This document shows positions 8,344 to 17,885 of a stretch of 64,000 bases of DNA, in pieces. Location: assembly GCA_020350725.1 (NCBI GenBank), contig CP070719.1:308999-372998 (forward strand), in the 5' to 3' direction. The stretch is from a bacterium (GTDB lineage Bacteria; BMS3Abin14). The position numbers and the translations under genes are program-made. Numbering within the stretch: position 1 is the first letter of the stretch; each line of letters begins with the position of its first letter. The notes below the pieces were generated by a model, which saw only the letters and a list, made by a program, of their open reading frames with translations, made no database searches and was not told the DNA's origin.

Positions 8344-8556
8344 TTATACCGACAGGTCCTTTAACCCGTAGACTCTCGTGTGAGCTGCCCAGGCGGGGCA
8401 CCAGGTCCGGTGCCAGGCCATCAGCCTCCCGAAGGGAGAATTCGGTGTGCGGTTGGCGATGGGGCAGATCCGGCAGCTGTGGCAGACGCCCGCCAGGACC
8501 TTGGTGGTTATTCCAAACCGCCCCGCAGCCTTAGTGCTGTATTCCCTCGTCATCAT
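8344..8556 (-). CDS. small Cys/Trp-rich hypothetical protein (~70 aa), translationally coupled to the upstream gene
   Basis: ATGATGA overlap with the stop of the 8553-8975 gene, preceded by GGAGG. MMTREYSTKAAGRFGITTKVLAGVCHSCRICPIANR...WCPAW. Confidence 0.35.
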   Translation of the reverse strand: MMTREYSTKAAGRFGITTKVLAGVCHSCRICPIANRTPNSPFGRLMAWHRTWCPAWAAHTRVYGLKDLSV

Positions 8557-8975
8557 GATAAACCTCCCCTGTCCGTTCTCATCGCTTTTAGGAAGATCGA
8601 GATGCCCGCCACCGCCAGCAGCAGAGGCAGGATCAGGTTCCAGCCCCCGAGGCCGATCCCCAGGAGGATGGAGCCGAAAAACAGTCCGAAACCGATGCCC
8701 TTTCGATATTCGGGCATGAGTATCCGGAACGTTGTCTCCACCAGAACGATCGCACCCGCTCCGGCGAGGAAAACTCCCCAGCCATCCTTCCACCAGGCAA
8801 AGTTCGATGCGTAGCCCGTGCTCTGGGCGAGGAGCACAAAAGCAGCCCAGAGAAAGATCGCCCCCCATCCCAGTGTGTCGAGTCTGTCATGGCGCATCCA
8901 TTCCCCGCACCATCCGCAGCAGTCCCTCCAGAATTGATCTTCCTTGTCCCTCTCTTCCATTGCGTGTTCAACCAT
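8553..8975 (-). CDS. membrane protein with N-terminal cytoplasmic Cys cluster (CCGWCGEW)
   Basis: ATG at 8975 with an AAGGAGAGG RBS. Three to four hydrophobic helices. Transcribed divergently from the ECF sigma factor gene. Confidence 0.55.
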   Translation of the reverse strand: MVEHAMEERDKEDQFWRDCCGWCGEWMRHDRLDTLGWGAIFLWAAFVLLAQSTGYASNFAWWKDGWGVFLAGAGAIVLVETTFRILMPEYRKGIGFGLFFGSILLGIGLGGWNLILPLLLAVAGISIFLKAMRTDRGGLS

Positions 8976-9147
8976 GATCCTCTCCTTTTCCAACAAGATC
9001 TATCTAAAGTGGCCTTCTTGTCCCGTTTAACCCTATAGACGGAAGAACGGTCGAAAAGGATACAGGCATGTTGCTGTTGCCAAACGCTGATCGACCCATT
9101 AAACTCTACGGAAAAGATGTGGGAGAAAAACAATTAAGGGAAACTTC

Positions 9148-9176
9148 GGGCCACCTTTGGCAGGGTGGCCTTTTTC
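9148..9176 (+). terminator. rho-independent terminator-like hairpin (GGGCCACC-tttggcag-GGTGGCC + TTTTT) just upstream of the sigma factor start
   Basis: Perfect 7-8 bp GC-rich stem followed by a T5 run on the + strand. No annotated + strand CDS lies upstream, so it may end a short transcript from the 8997-9147 region. Confidence 0.45.
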
Positions 9177-9201
9177 AGGGGGAAGATCAGTGGTGAATGG
9201 T

Positions 9202-9780
9202 ATGCGGAGCTTTGAGGAGATCTACGAGGGTTTCGGACCCCAGATAATCAGGTATCTGGCACGGCTGGTGAGCGAGAGCGAAGCCGAGGATCTGGCTCAG
9301 GAGACCTTCCTGAGAGTCCACAGGGGGCTGGAAGAGTTCCGGGGGGATTCCCGGATATCCACGTGGATCTACAGGATCGCCACGAATGTAGCGAGGGACA
9401 GGCTGAGGAAAGCCTCCTCGATGAGCGGAGGGGCGGTCACCAGCCTGGAAGAGGGGATGGACGTCGAGGACGGCAACGTGTGGACCGACGAGAAAGCCAG
9501 GAACACAGAGGGGATGACCATCAGAAAGGAGATGAACGACTGTATCCGCCGGTTCATCGACGACCTGCCGGAGGATTATCGGACCGTCCTGATCCTTCAG
9601 GATCTCGAGGGGTTCAAGAACCAGGAGATCGCGGACATCCTCGGGATAAGCCTGGACAATGTGAAAATCCGCCTCCACCGTGCCCGCACCCGGCTGCGAG
9701 AGGAGCTTCAGACCGGCTGCAGTTTTCACCGGGACGAGGAGGACGAACTGGGCTGCGATCTCAAGCAGCCGCAGGACTGA
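9202..9780 (+). CDS. ECF (sigma-70 family, RpoE-like) RNA polymerase sigma factor
   Basis: Region 2 (DLAQETFLRVHRGLEEFRG...STWIYRIATNVARDRLRK) and region 4 (YRTVLILQDLEGFKNQEIADILGISLDNVKIRLHRARTRLREEL). C-terminal extension with two Cys. Confidence 0.85.
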   Translation: MRSFEEIYEGFGPQIIRYLARLVSESEAEDLAQETFLRVHRGLEEFRGDSRISTWIYRIATNVARDRLRKASSMSGGAVTSLEEGMDVEDGNVWTDEKARNTEGMTIRKEMNDCIRRFIDDLPEDYRTVLILQDLEGFKNQEIADILGISLDNVKIRLHRARTRLREELQTGCSFHRDEEDELGCDLKQPQD

Positions 9781-9837
9781 TCTCTGACAGCAACCCGGCC
9801 TGCGGCCTGAGCGGCCGTCACTCCGGTTTCCGGTTTC

Positions 9838-9880
9838 TGCTCTGACCCCTTTTCTCTGCTCTGACCCCTTTTCTCTTTTT
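9838..9880. repeat. tandem CTGCTCTGACCCCTTTTCTC x2
   Basis: Direct tandem duplication; a variant of the dispersed GTGCTCTGACCCC motif. Confidence 0.55.
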
Positions 9881-9896
9881 TCTTTTCCGAGATCAT

Positions 9897-9935
9897 CGTT
9901 CCAGGGTCCAGGTTCCATGTTCCAGGTTTCCCCGT
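9897..9935. repeat. heptamer tandem array (CGTTCCA GGGTCCA GGTTCCA TGTTCCA GGTTTCC)
   Basis: Period-7 degenerate repeats, same family as 4577 and 8284. Confidence 0.55.
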
Positions 9936-10114
9936 CCGGAGGACCGCGGTGGCGCGATAGGGATGGTGCTCAGGGATGGTGCTCTGACCCCGTTGTCCGT
10001 TGTCAGGCTCCGGGCCATTCCAACTCAAACTGCCGTTGCCTCCTGGCATCGGCAGCCTGGAAGAGGGTGGATGGCGAAGGTGGATGTTCTCTGTGGCAAA
10101 TCTCATTGCCCGCA

Positions 10115-11219
10115 TCAGGCCAGCAATGCGGCGGAGGTAGAAGCCGCCGTTTTTATGTCAATCCCCTGGCTGCACTCGACCGTACACCCCTCGCATTCTG
10201 CACACACCTTTAGCCCGGAAGCGAAGACCGCCCTCTCCGACGCCAAGCGGAGGTCCTTGTAGCCGTCAAGATACATGGCGATGCGGACCGCATCCAGACC
10301 TCCCACGCCGTAACGGCATTGGTCGATGCACCCTGAGCAGAAGGCACAAGCCTTTCCCATGAGGTCCGCCCGGAAGGCGTCCAGGAGAAAGAGATCGGAA
10401 AGCCCTCCCTTCCTCAGGACGGCAGCGAGGTTCTCGTCCACCATCCTCCGGCTGAGCATGCCGGGAACGGCCGTGTGAATACCGGGCCTTTCCAAAACGA
10501 AGCGGAGGGCCGACTGATGTGAATTCAGCTCAGGGTAGGTTCCACTGGGGAAGCCCCCGCTCTGGGTCTTCATGGCGATGATGCCGACTCCCCCGCGGGC
10601 TGTTTTCTCGATAATCTCGAAAAGAGCCGGGGGAGAGCGGAAGTTTACAGCCACCAGGACCGTGTCGTAGAAGCCGTCCGCCATGACGGCCTCGAGCACT
10701 TCCCGCTGGTTGGAGTGGGTGGTCACCCCGGCGAATCGGATCTTCCCCTCGGCCTTCATCGCCTCCAGGATCCTCTGGACGCCCTTGTCCTCAATCTGGC
10801 GTCGCGATGACATTCCGTGGAGCTGCATCAGGTCCACCGAGGTGACCCCCAGAGAGGACAGGCTCCTGTCCACCGATGACCTCATCCTGGCTTCGCTGCC
10901 CATGTGGACCTTGGTGGCGATGAACACCCTGTCCCTTATACCGGCGACCGCGCGCCCCACGATCTTCTCGTTCCTTCCCCCCATGTAGCAATCCGCCGTA
11001 TCGATGTAGGTGATCCCCTGGTCCAAACCATGTCGGATAGTTGACGGGTCGCTGCACTGCATGGCGCCGTAGCCGAGCACGGAAACCCGGACTCCGGTAC
11101 GTCCGAGGATCCTGGCGGGCATACTGTTGTCTGCAGCGGCGAGGGCCTGGCCGGGGAACACCAGGGTTCCCACCAAGCCGGCCGTTTTTTTCAGGAATTC
11201 TCGCCGCCCGATACTCATC
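10115..11219 (-). CDS. TAT-exported aldo/keto reductase-family oxidoreductase with C-terminal Fe-S (ferredoxin-like) Cys-rich domain
   Basis: ATG at 11219 (MSIGRREFLKKTAGLVGTL, twin-arginine motif). AKR core (GYGAMQ, ITYIDTADCYMGG). C-terminal CAFCSGCIDQC...CAECEGCTVEC. Confidence 0.7.
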
Positions 11220-12015
11220 GGTGGGCCTCCGTTACTGTGCCAAGGACTTCCCGGAGATATTGCGATATCCCAGGGGTCCGATCCCGCGACCAGGCCACGG
11301 CCCTCCCGATCGTGACAAGTCCCCTGACGCCCTTTTCCGTGAGGGCTGCGGCGAGGCCCCCCGCTTCGGCTGGTGTCTCCAGGAGTCTCATGAAACAGGC
11401 CTGGCCTCCAGGGGCTGTCCAGAGGTATCCGGGGCCGGCCCCGAGATCGTAATCCACATCCTCCGGGTGATAACCCACATCGCACGGGGCTCTGGCGGCA
11501 TGCTGTAGAACACCCACGACATCGGGAAGCGGCTGGGAAACGGGGAAAGTCCCGGAAAGGCCCGTGAGAAACTCACGGGTTACGGATGCACCGTCATCAG
11601 AGTCCACGTCGATCCGGATGAAAAAGGGGCCGTTGCGTGCGTAGGAGGTATATGTTCCCGGGAACACATGAGTCCCAGAGATTTCCTCGGGACTGCCCTC
11701 ACAGCCGGAATACAGGGCCAGCAGTCCGAAAGCGTTCAGGGGGGTGCCCAAATCGACAATGTCCACGCTCAGGGTGGTCCCGCCGGGACCCTCGTAAAGG
11801 GCGTTGGACAGGGAAACGGCTCCGTAACGCCTGAGGAGCTCCGCCTCTCCGTTGATGTGCTCGTACATGGTCTCCGGAGCCCATTCCCGGACATCCCCAG
11901 TCCTGTGCATCCGGATGGCCTCACCGAAAGTCTCCGGAGGGATGACGGAGGCGGCCCGGGCCGGATGGAGGGTGAAGGCGATAAACAACGGGATGAGAAG
12001 GGGGAGAGCGGACAT
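11215..12015 (-). CDS. secreted hypothetical protein
   Basis: ATG at 12015 with signal peptide MSALPLLIPLFIAFTLHPARA. Its stop overlaps the AKR start (ATGA), so the two are co-transcribed. Confidence 0.5.
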   Translation of the reverse strand: MSALPLLIPLFIAFTLHPARAASVIPPETFGEAIRMHRTGDVREWAPETMYEHINGEAELLRRYGAVSLSNALYEGPGGTTLSVDIVDLGTPLNAFGLLALYSGCEGSPEEISGTHVFPGTYTSYARNGPFFIRIDVDSDDGASVTREFLTGLSGTFPVSQPLPDVVGVLQHAARAPCDVGYHPEDVDYDLGAGPGYLWTAPGGQACFMRLLETPAEAGGLAAALTEKGVRGLVTIGRAVAWSRDRTPGISQYLREVLGTVTEAHR

Positions 12016-12142
12016 GGTTAATGTGAAATGATAACCGTTTGGGCCTGGATGGTCTAGATATTTTTCGGGTCGGGTCGGGATCAATGGATCGCACTTTCGC
12101 ATGTGCCCTGGACCACCTACCGGGGAAATATTGGAATCCATG

Positions 12143-12180
12143 AGTTCCGGATTCCAGGTTCCGGGTTCAACGTTCACGGT
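12143..12180. repeat. heptamer tandem array (GTTCCGG ATTCCAG GTTCCGG GTTCAAC GTTCACG)
   Basis: Same period-7 family. Confidence 0.5.
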
Positions 12181-12400
12181 GCCGAGTCGCTCCCTCTCCC
12201 ATGATCCCCTCCCTCCTGAGAGTCACAGAGGAGATCATGCATTTCTGGCCTCCGGGTTTTGGTCCCGCAAAAACCCTTATCCCCGTCAGTCCTCTCTGGC
12301 CCTCTGTGCTGTGGCATCGGGACTCTTAAGATGAATGTAAAAAGGAGGCCGAAAGGCCTCCTGAATTGGGAATCTGGGATTTGGACGCTGGAATCCGTCC

Positions 12401-12631
12401 TCACCACCCTTCCGGTGCCTTGGGCGGATCCGGCCACCTTTCGGAATCGTACATGTTGTCCTCCCTTTCCCAGCACTCCTTGGAGCAGAAGTGGACCGGT
12501 TCGAAAACACAGCACCAACCGGAGAAGCTGGTGTCGTATGGGTCCCCCTCGATCTTATGACCGCACTGTTCACACCACAGGTCTACGGTTCCGGTGTTGT
12601 TCAGGGTTGATTCCTTGAAGTTGGTGGACAT
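12401..12631 (-). CDS. small Cys-rich zinc-ribbon-like protein
   Basis: GGAGGG RBS. Cys pairs: CEQCGH ... GWCCVFEPVHFCSKEC. Confidence 0.5.
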   Translation of the reverse strand: MSTNFKESTLNNTGTVDLWCEQCGHKIEGDPYDTSFSGWCCVFEPVHFCSKECWEREDNMYDSERWPDPPKAPEGW

Positions 12632-12902
12632 GAAAACCCTCCGATCAGAGAATTAGAATATGGTTGCCCATAAAATTGAGTAGTTTTGTTTATAATACAA
12701 AGGGCCCGGAAAAAGCAAGCAAAAATATCAGAGTTTGCTAATATTCCGATGCCATTTTCGGGGAGGATTCGGCACGAGGCCCTTAAAATAGAGGAGTTGA
12801 CAGGTGCCGCAATCGGGATAGAATGAGATCCTCTCCTATTATAAAAGGGGGCTCAGCCGGATCATCCTTCTGCCCCCCCATGGCAATACTGTTGGCGGCC
12901 GT

Positions 12903-13856
12903 GTGCGCCGGGTGGTGGGGCTTATGGGCGATATATGGGCTGTTCTCCTGATCGCAGGTTTACTGGTCAACCCCCTTGTTTTTTTCGGTTCCATCTTCCT
13001 TGTCGTGTTCCTGAACAGGCGGATCAGGCTCTTTGAACCCGGATACAGGGGAGGGTGGATGGTTGTGCTCCACCTTGTCCTCATCGCCGCTATCGGGCTC
13101 TTCGTCGAGACGGTCGCAAACTCTTTTGCCGGAAGGTCAGTCCGGAACTGGTTCCTGCTTCCCATAAGGGCGGCCCCACTTTTGGTGGTGCCGGGCCTTC
13201 TGTATGTGAAGCTGAGAAGGCGGCGGGCGGCTGTGCCGGCACCGAAAAGGGCATCTGAGGCTGCGGGAGCCGACGTCGTCTGGGAAGCCACTCCAGCCCC
13301 TCCCGCGGCCGCGGCACTCCCGGAGGGGAGATACAGGACGGTGGCGGTCCGGACCGCATGGGCCATCGCCCTGTCCGGTATGGCCATGCCTTGGCTGGTG
13401 GGGCTTGGGGTCAAGGTGTATCTGATGCACATGGGCCATCCCACCTGGCCCATCTCATCCTTCCTGGAGCCGGTCATGATACCGGTCCTCCTGGGTTCCA
13501 CGGCGTCTCTCTGGTCCTCGCCGTTCCTGGTCCTGGCCCTTCTGGCCCGCTACAGGATCCTTGCCGGGGACGTTACCAGGATGGCATTCAGGGACCGCCT
13601 GTGGATCGTCGGATTGACCCATCTGGGCGGCATGGGATCGGCCGTCCTCCTGTTCACCGGCGTGTTCTGGGAGTTCGACATCCTTTACCTGTTCGCACCC
13701 ATGGGCCTGTTCCTCCTGCCTCCCATGCTGCTGGCTTACGGTGCCGGCCTCCTCGCCGTCAAGTTCCGGAGGAGGACCCCTGATCGGTCGAGGGACACCT
13801 CTTTCGACAGACGGACTGCCGCAGCTGAACAACCGGGGTTCAGAGATGAGGAATGA
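12903..13856 (+). CDS. hypothetical polytopic membrane protein
   Basis: About 8 hydrophobic segments with an Ala/Pro-rich loop; no recognisable motif. Confidence 0.5.
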   Translation: MRRVVGLMGDIWAVLLIAGLLVNPLVFFGSIFLVVFLNRRIRLFEPGYRGGWMVVLHLVLIAAIGLFVETVANSFAGRSVRNWFLLPIRAAPLLVVPGLLYVKLRRRRAAVPAPKRASEAAGADVVWEATPAPPAAAALPEGRYRTVAVRTAWAIALSGMAMPWLVGLGVKVYLMHMGHPTWPISSFLEPVMIPVLLGSTASLWSSPFLVLALLARYRILAGDVTRMAFRDRLWIVGLTHLGGMGSAVLLFTGVFWEFDILYLFAPMGLFLLPPMLLAYGAGLLAVKFRRRTPDRSRDTSFDRRTAAAEQPGFRDEE

Positions 13857-13907
13857 GGATATCCGGGACCGGGGGCGAAGGGTCTGCGGCTAAAATAAGG
13901 CAGATCT

Positions 13908-15197
13908 CTATTGAGCCGGTAGTTGGATGAATGCGGCCGACGGCTTGATGAACTGCTGACGAAGGCTCAGGGTGTAGGCGCCCTGTCCGGGCAGCAGGAG
14001 GACGTCTCCCGGCTCGATGCCGTCACCGAAATAGGACCATCCCCAGACGTCGTGTGGGGTGCACAGGGAGCCGGCGATCAGGCATGGGTGCTCGTCGAGG
14101 GAGGGCCGGCTGAGGTTGATCACCGGCACGTAATCTGTCTCGTATCGTTCCCACCCCACGATATTGGTTCCAGCGTCGGTGACGACGAGGTCGTCGGCCT
14201 TCCTGTCGGCCACCCGGATCATGATGTGCATGGCGTCGTTGACGATCCAACGCCCTGGCTCGGCGTAGACTGCCGGCGATGAGAAGGGAAAGATCCGGTC
14301 GTGGAGGGTTCGGGAGATCTCACGGGCGAAGTCCTCGATGGACGCCGCCTCAAGACATCGGCTCCCCCTTACGCCTGAGCCGCCTCCCGGCGATCGGATC
14401 TCCTCGGTCAGGAGCCACTCGCCGTCCCGGGGCCAGTAGCCGCCACCGATGTCAAGAAATTCAAGGCGGTTGCCATGCACCGGATCCAGGTCCCTCCAGA
14501 CATCCCCCAGCCGGCGGATGAAGCCGGTCTGGGCTTCAGGGGTGAGGTTCCAGCTCGTGTGGAACTGAAGGCCCCTGAGAAGGACGCCGGGACAGCCTGC
14601 CGCCCGGTCAAGGAAGGTCTCGAGATCGGAGAGGGGGATGCCGAATTTGCGCCACAGGCCCTCCTCCTGGGTGGTGAGGCGGACGCCGGAGGTGATCTCG
14701 ACGGCGGCGCGTTGCGCCGCATTCGTGAGACGGTCCAGCTCCCCGAAACTGTCCATGAGAACCGTCACTCGCTCATGGTGGGCAGCGGCCAGATCCAGTT
14801 CCTCCTCTGTCTTACCGGGACCGGAGAAGAGGATCCGACGGCACCCTGTCTCCAGGGCCAGCTTGAGCTCCAGACCGCTTGAGACATCGAGGCCGAGGCC
14901 GGAACGAACCGCTTCGGCCGCCACCTGAGGGTGGTTGTTGCACTTGACGGCGAAGAACGCTTCGAAAGCCGGCAGACGCTGTCTGAAGGCGTCGAGGAAG
15001 GACCGTGCCCTGTCCCTCAGAACAGCAGGCTCGAAGAGGTAGAGGGGTACCGATTCCTGCCGGGCAATCCCCTCGAGTTCAGCCGCCCGGTCAAGGAATT
15101 TCCTTACCAGATCCCTTGCCTTCTTCCGGCAGTCCGCGTCCTCCCGCATGAGACGGGAAAGGTCTGCCGATTGACGCCTGTCGGGAGCGCCGGTCAC
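13908..15197 (-). CDS. fold-III PLP-dependent decarboxylase (ornithine/diaminopimelate/carboxynorspermidine decarboxylase family)
   Basis: FAVKCNNHP lysine motif, GLGLDVSS, EPGRW and CTPHD motifs. GTG start overlaps the upstream stop (GTGA). Confidence 0.75.
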   Translation of the reverse strand: MTGAPDRRQSADLSRLMREDADCRKKARDLVRKFLDRAAELEGIARQESVPLYLFEPAVLRDRARSFLDAFRQRLPAFEAFFAVKCNNHPQVAAEAVRSGLGLDVSSGLELKLALETGCRRILFSGPGKTEEELDLAAAHHERVTVLMDSFGELDRLTNAAQRAAVEITSGVRLTTQEEGLWRKFGIPLSDLETFLDRAAGCPGVLLRGLQFHTSWNLTPEAQTGFIRRLGDVWRDLDPVHGNRLEFLDIGGGYWPRDGEWLLTEEIRSPGGGSGVRGSRCLEAASIEDFAREISRTLHDRIFPFSSPAVYAEPGRWIVNDAMHIMIRVADRKADDLVVTDAGTNIVGWERYETDYVPVINLSRPSLDEHPCLIAGSLCTPHDVWGWSYFGDGIEPGDVLLLPGQGAYTLSLRQQFIKPSAAFIQLPAQ

Positions 15198-16477
15198 GAG
15201 GCGATCTCCACCTCGGCAAGCTCCTCGAGGCAGGCGCCCTCTTCAGACAGCCGGCTTCGGTCTCCCGGCCGGAAGACAACGTGACCCAGAACGCGCGAGA
15301 AATAATCGTCGGGCGGCAGGGCCACCCGGTGCCCGGGTTTTCTGTAAAAAACCACCTCGAGGACCTTCGGGTCCGTCTGGAGCCGGCCGTTGGCGAGATT
15401 CTGGAGGAGACCCTCCCGGCGGGCGAACATGCGGAACGCCGCGAGGAATTCATGGGATTCCAGTTTCGGCAGGAAGATCGTCCGACCCTCGGCCACGTCC
15501 AAAGCCAGGCCCAGAGTGTCGATGCCGCTGCTGGCCTTCACCAGCCAGGGAAGACAATCCCCCGCAGGCCGCGCCGAGACCTCCAGGAAATAGGGGCGTC
15601 CCCGGTGGACGATGAAATCGGCCATGAATATCCCCTGTTCGAATCCCATGGAGCTGGCCGAATTTCGCAGCTGGGCCTCGAGATCTCTCTGGCTGATACC
15701 CGTCTCCTCCATGTCGGCGACGTAATAGAGAAGAGCTGTTCCCGTGCCGATCTCAGGTGCCAGGATCTTGCCGGAAAGACGCACGAGCTGCGCCCGATGG
15801 CCGGAGAGGACAAAGTCGCAGCTGAACTCGGGACCTGTGAAGCCCTCCTCAAGGACGACGTCCTGCCTTGGATCCAGACCCCGGCCCGGGGGGGAAAAGC
15901 TCCGGTACATCCGGTCGTCGGTATGGTTGGCCAGCCTCCTGGTGATGATCCGGAACGCCTTTCTGGCGTCTTCCCGCTTACGGCACCAGAAGACCAGTTC
16001 GCTTCCCGATCCGGTAAGAGGTTTGAGGACCAGGGGGAATCCCAGCTTGTCCATGACCGTCTCGAGGTCATCCCTGTCACGGGCGGTCAGGGATCTCGGG
16101 CAGCACACACCCGAGCGAAGCCATGCCCTCTTGGAGTGGAATTTGCTGCGGCTTGTCCGCACAGCCTCCAGTGAATGAAAGGGGAGCTTCCAACGATCGG
16201 CAAGATCGGAGGCGAGGATCAGGGATTCGTCGTCGTAGCAGGTAAGGCCGCTGAGTTCGATGTCGTAACGGACAAGATGGCCGGAAAGCGCCTCCGCCGA
16301 CCCCCGGGCATCCCGAAGGTCGAAGGTGACCTCCTCTTCAGGACCCGGCGTTTCCTCCGACGCCTCAAGACGCATCCTCTCATCGGTGAGAAAGAGGGCT
16401 CGTCCCGGGTATCTCCGCCGTATGATGTCGACGTAATCGGGAGTCGTGCCGACTACGAGGACCCGTCTTGAGCTCAT
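15194..16477 (-). CDS. ATP-grasp domain ligase
   Basis: FPLVLKPLTGSGSELVF..., EEGFTGPEFSCDF..., FLEVSARPAG: ATP-grasp fold signature order. Confidence 0.6.
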   Translation of the reverse strand: MSSRRVLVVGTTPDYVDIIRRRYPGRALFLTDERMRLEASEETPGPEEEVTFDLRDARGSAEALSGHLVRYDIELSGLTCYDDESLILASDLADRWKLPFHSLEAVRTSRSKFHSKRAWLRSGVCCPRSLTARDRDDLETVMDKLGFPLVLKPLTGSGSELVFWCRKREDARKAFRIITRRLANHTDDRMYRSFSPPGRGLDPRQDVVLEEGFTGPEFSCDFVLSGHRAQLVRLSGKILAPEIGTGTALLYYVADMEETGISQRDLEAQLRNSASSMGFEQGIFMADFIVHRGRPYFLEVSARPAGDCLPWLVKASSGIDTLGLALDVAEGRTIFLPKLESHEFLAAFRMFARREGLLQNLANGRLQTDPKVLEVVFYRKPGHRVALPPDDYFSRVLGHVVFRPGDRSRLSEEGACLEELAEVEIAS

Positions 16478-16489
16478 GGGATTTCCTTT

Positions 16490-17404
16490 TCAGGCTGCCC
16501 GAACACCGGCTTCGGCCAGCAGGTAGAGGGGGCGCTCCTGGAGGTGAAACATCTTCTTCCAGTTGAAGTCGCCGCAGAGGAAATCCACCTCGAGCATCCG
16601 CTCCTCGCAGGCCCGCCTCATGTGATGCAGATTGATGAGCTTGGCGATGCCGGGATAGAAGGCGCTGGTGCCCCCCGCCATGAGCGTGTACACGCCGTTG
16701 TAAAGCACCCCGATGTCAACCGCGGCGGTCTCGCCTGCGATGAGGACCGTCGTCACCCGGAGCCAGCCTTGCTGGTCAAAGAAGCTGACCATGTCCCGGA
16801 ATCCCCTCCTGAAGCGGGGATCGCTGAAATAGGAGTCATGGCCGAACCGGGAGACGTTCATGGTCACCATGGAATCGAAATCCTCGATCCGGTTTTGACG
16901 CCAGGAGATCCCCATGGCTTCGATGGCCTCGATCTCACGGCCGATCCTCTTGATCGATTTGCTCGAGAACTGGCCCATAAACCGATCGAATTCGAATCCG
17001 AAATGGGGGGGGCGGAAGAGATAGCCGATTTCGTCCACCGTCCTGTTGGCGGGAAGAGCCGCAGACCTGTTCGACAGGTACCTGATGTGAAAGGGGCCGG
17101 GGACAGCGGCCAGCAGACGCTCGGGGTCCCTGGCAGTCAGGATGTTCTGCTCCAGCCAGGTCCTGCCCTTCCACGTTTCACCGGGGAAAAAGGCGTAGCA
17201 GCCCTGTTCCTCCACCCAGGACAGGGGAAGGAGGCCTGAGAGACGGCCGCCGGTTTCCTCTACCAGAAAGTGGATAGGTCTGGAGAAATGGCGGTGAAAG
17301 GAGGAGCGCACCTCCCAGAGATCGGTGATCATCTCCCGGGGCATGATGGCCTCCCAGAGGCTCCTGGCCTCCTCCAGGTCCCGGACCACCCTGAGGCCGT
17401 CCAT
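16490..17404 (-). CDS. FemAB-like GNAT (Acetyltransf_6 / BioF2-like) family protein
   Basis: About 300 aa with the two-subdomain GNAT pattern typical of FemX/CelD-like proteins. Family assignment is by recollection. Confidence 0.5.
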   Translation of the reverse strand: MDGLRVVRDLEEARSLWEAIMPREMITDLWEVRSSFHRHFSRPIHFLVEETGGRLSGLLPLSWVEEQGCYAFFPGETWKGRTWLEQNILTARDPERLLAAVPGPFHIRYLSNRSAALPANRTVDEIGYLFRPPHFGFEFDRFMGQFSSKSIKRIGREIEAIEAMGISWRQNRIEDFDSMVTMNVSRFGHDSYFSDPRFRRGFRDMVSFFDQQGWLRVTTVLIAGETAAVDIGVLYNGVYTLMAGGTSAFYPGIAKLINLHHMRRACEERMLEVDFLCGDFNWKKMFHLQERPLYLLAEAGVRAA

Positions 17405-17406
17405 CC

Positions 17407-17811
17407 CTACCTCCGGAAGGTGATGCTGGTTTCCACCCTCGACCCGCCGAAGTAACGGCGCGCGAATTCGGCCACGATCTCCGGGTCGTAAGGCTTACAG
17501 CTGAACACGTCCAGGTAGGTCGTGTTGGTGAGGTTGGCGAAGTGAGCCGAGATGAGGGAGGTTTCGATGAGCTGGACCATGGAGAAGCCGGCTACCCTCT
17601 CGTCCTCCCCGAAGTGGATCACCTGCGTCTCGCCGAACCGTTTCATCTCGATGAGGTCGCACAGTTGAACAACGAACCGGCGGATGGCGTCCGCGTCCCG
17701 AATGGTATCCGGGCAGCAGTCGTAGATGTCGATGGCCGTGGCAATGCCCCAAACGTTCTCAGCGGCGGCGCGCTCCGGCACGCTCATGGGTACGGGCTGA
17801 ATTCCCATCAT
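17407..17811 (-). CDS. S-adenosylmethionine decarboxylase-like pyruvoyl proenzyme (SpeD/SpeH family)
   Basis: 134 aa alignable to the Bacillus SpeH core (DIYDC...; IETSLISAHF vs ISESHLTIHSFPE; YLDVFSC). AAGGAGG RBS. Confidence 0.6.
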   Translation of the reverse strand: MMGIQPVPMSVPERAAAENVWGIATAIDIYDCCPDTIRDADAIRRFVVQLCDLIEMKRFGETQVIHFGEDERVAGFSMVQLIETSLISAHFANLTNTTYLDVFSCKPYDPEIVAEFARRYFGGSRVETSITFRR

Positions 17812-17885
17812 CTTATTTTTCCTCCTTTCTTGCCTTTAGGTGGCCTGTGGCCTTGCCGCTGAGATGGCGTTGGGGCTGGTCACCG

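Noticed and set aside
8344-8868. 174-aa track ORF on the minus strand
   Set aside because: It runs through the 3' part of the 8553-8975 membrane-protein gene in another frame. Only its last ~70 codons (8344-8556), which have their own coupled ATG and RBS, look like a real small gene.
10122-10152. Hairpin CGGCGG-aggtagaag-CCGCCG + TTTTT as a + strand terminator
   Set aside because: It lies inside the 3' end of the minus-strand AKR coding sequence and has no + strand gene to terminate. Possibly it ends a transcript from the repeat region, but evidence is too weak to call.
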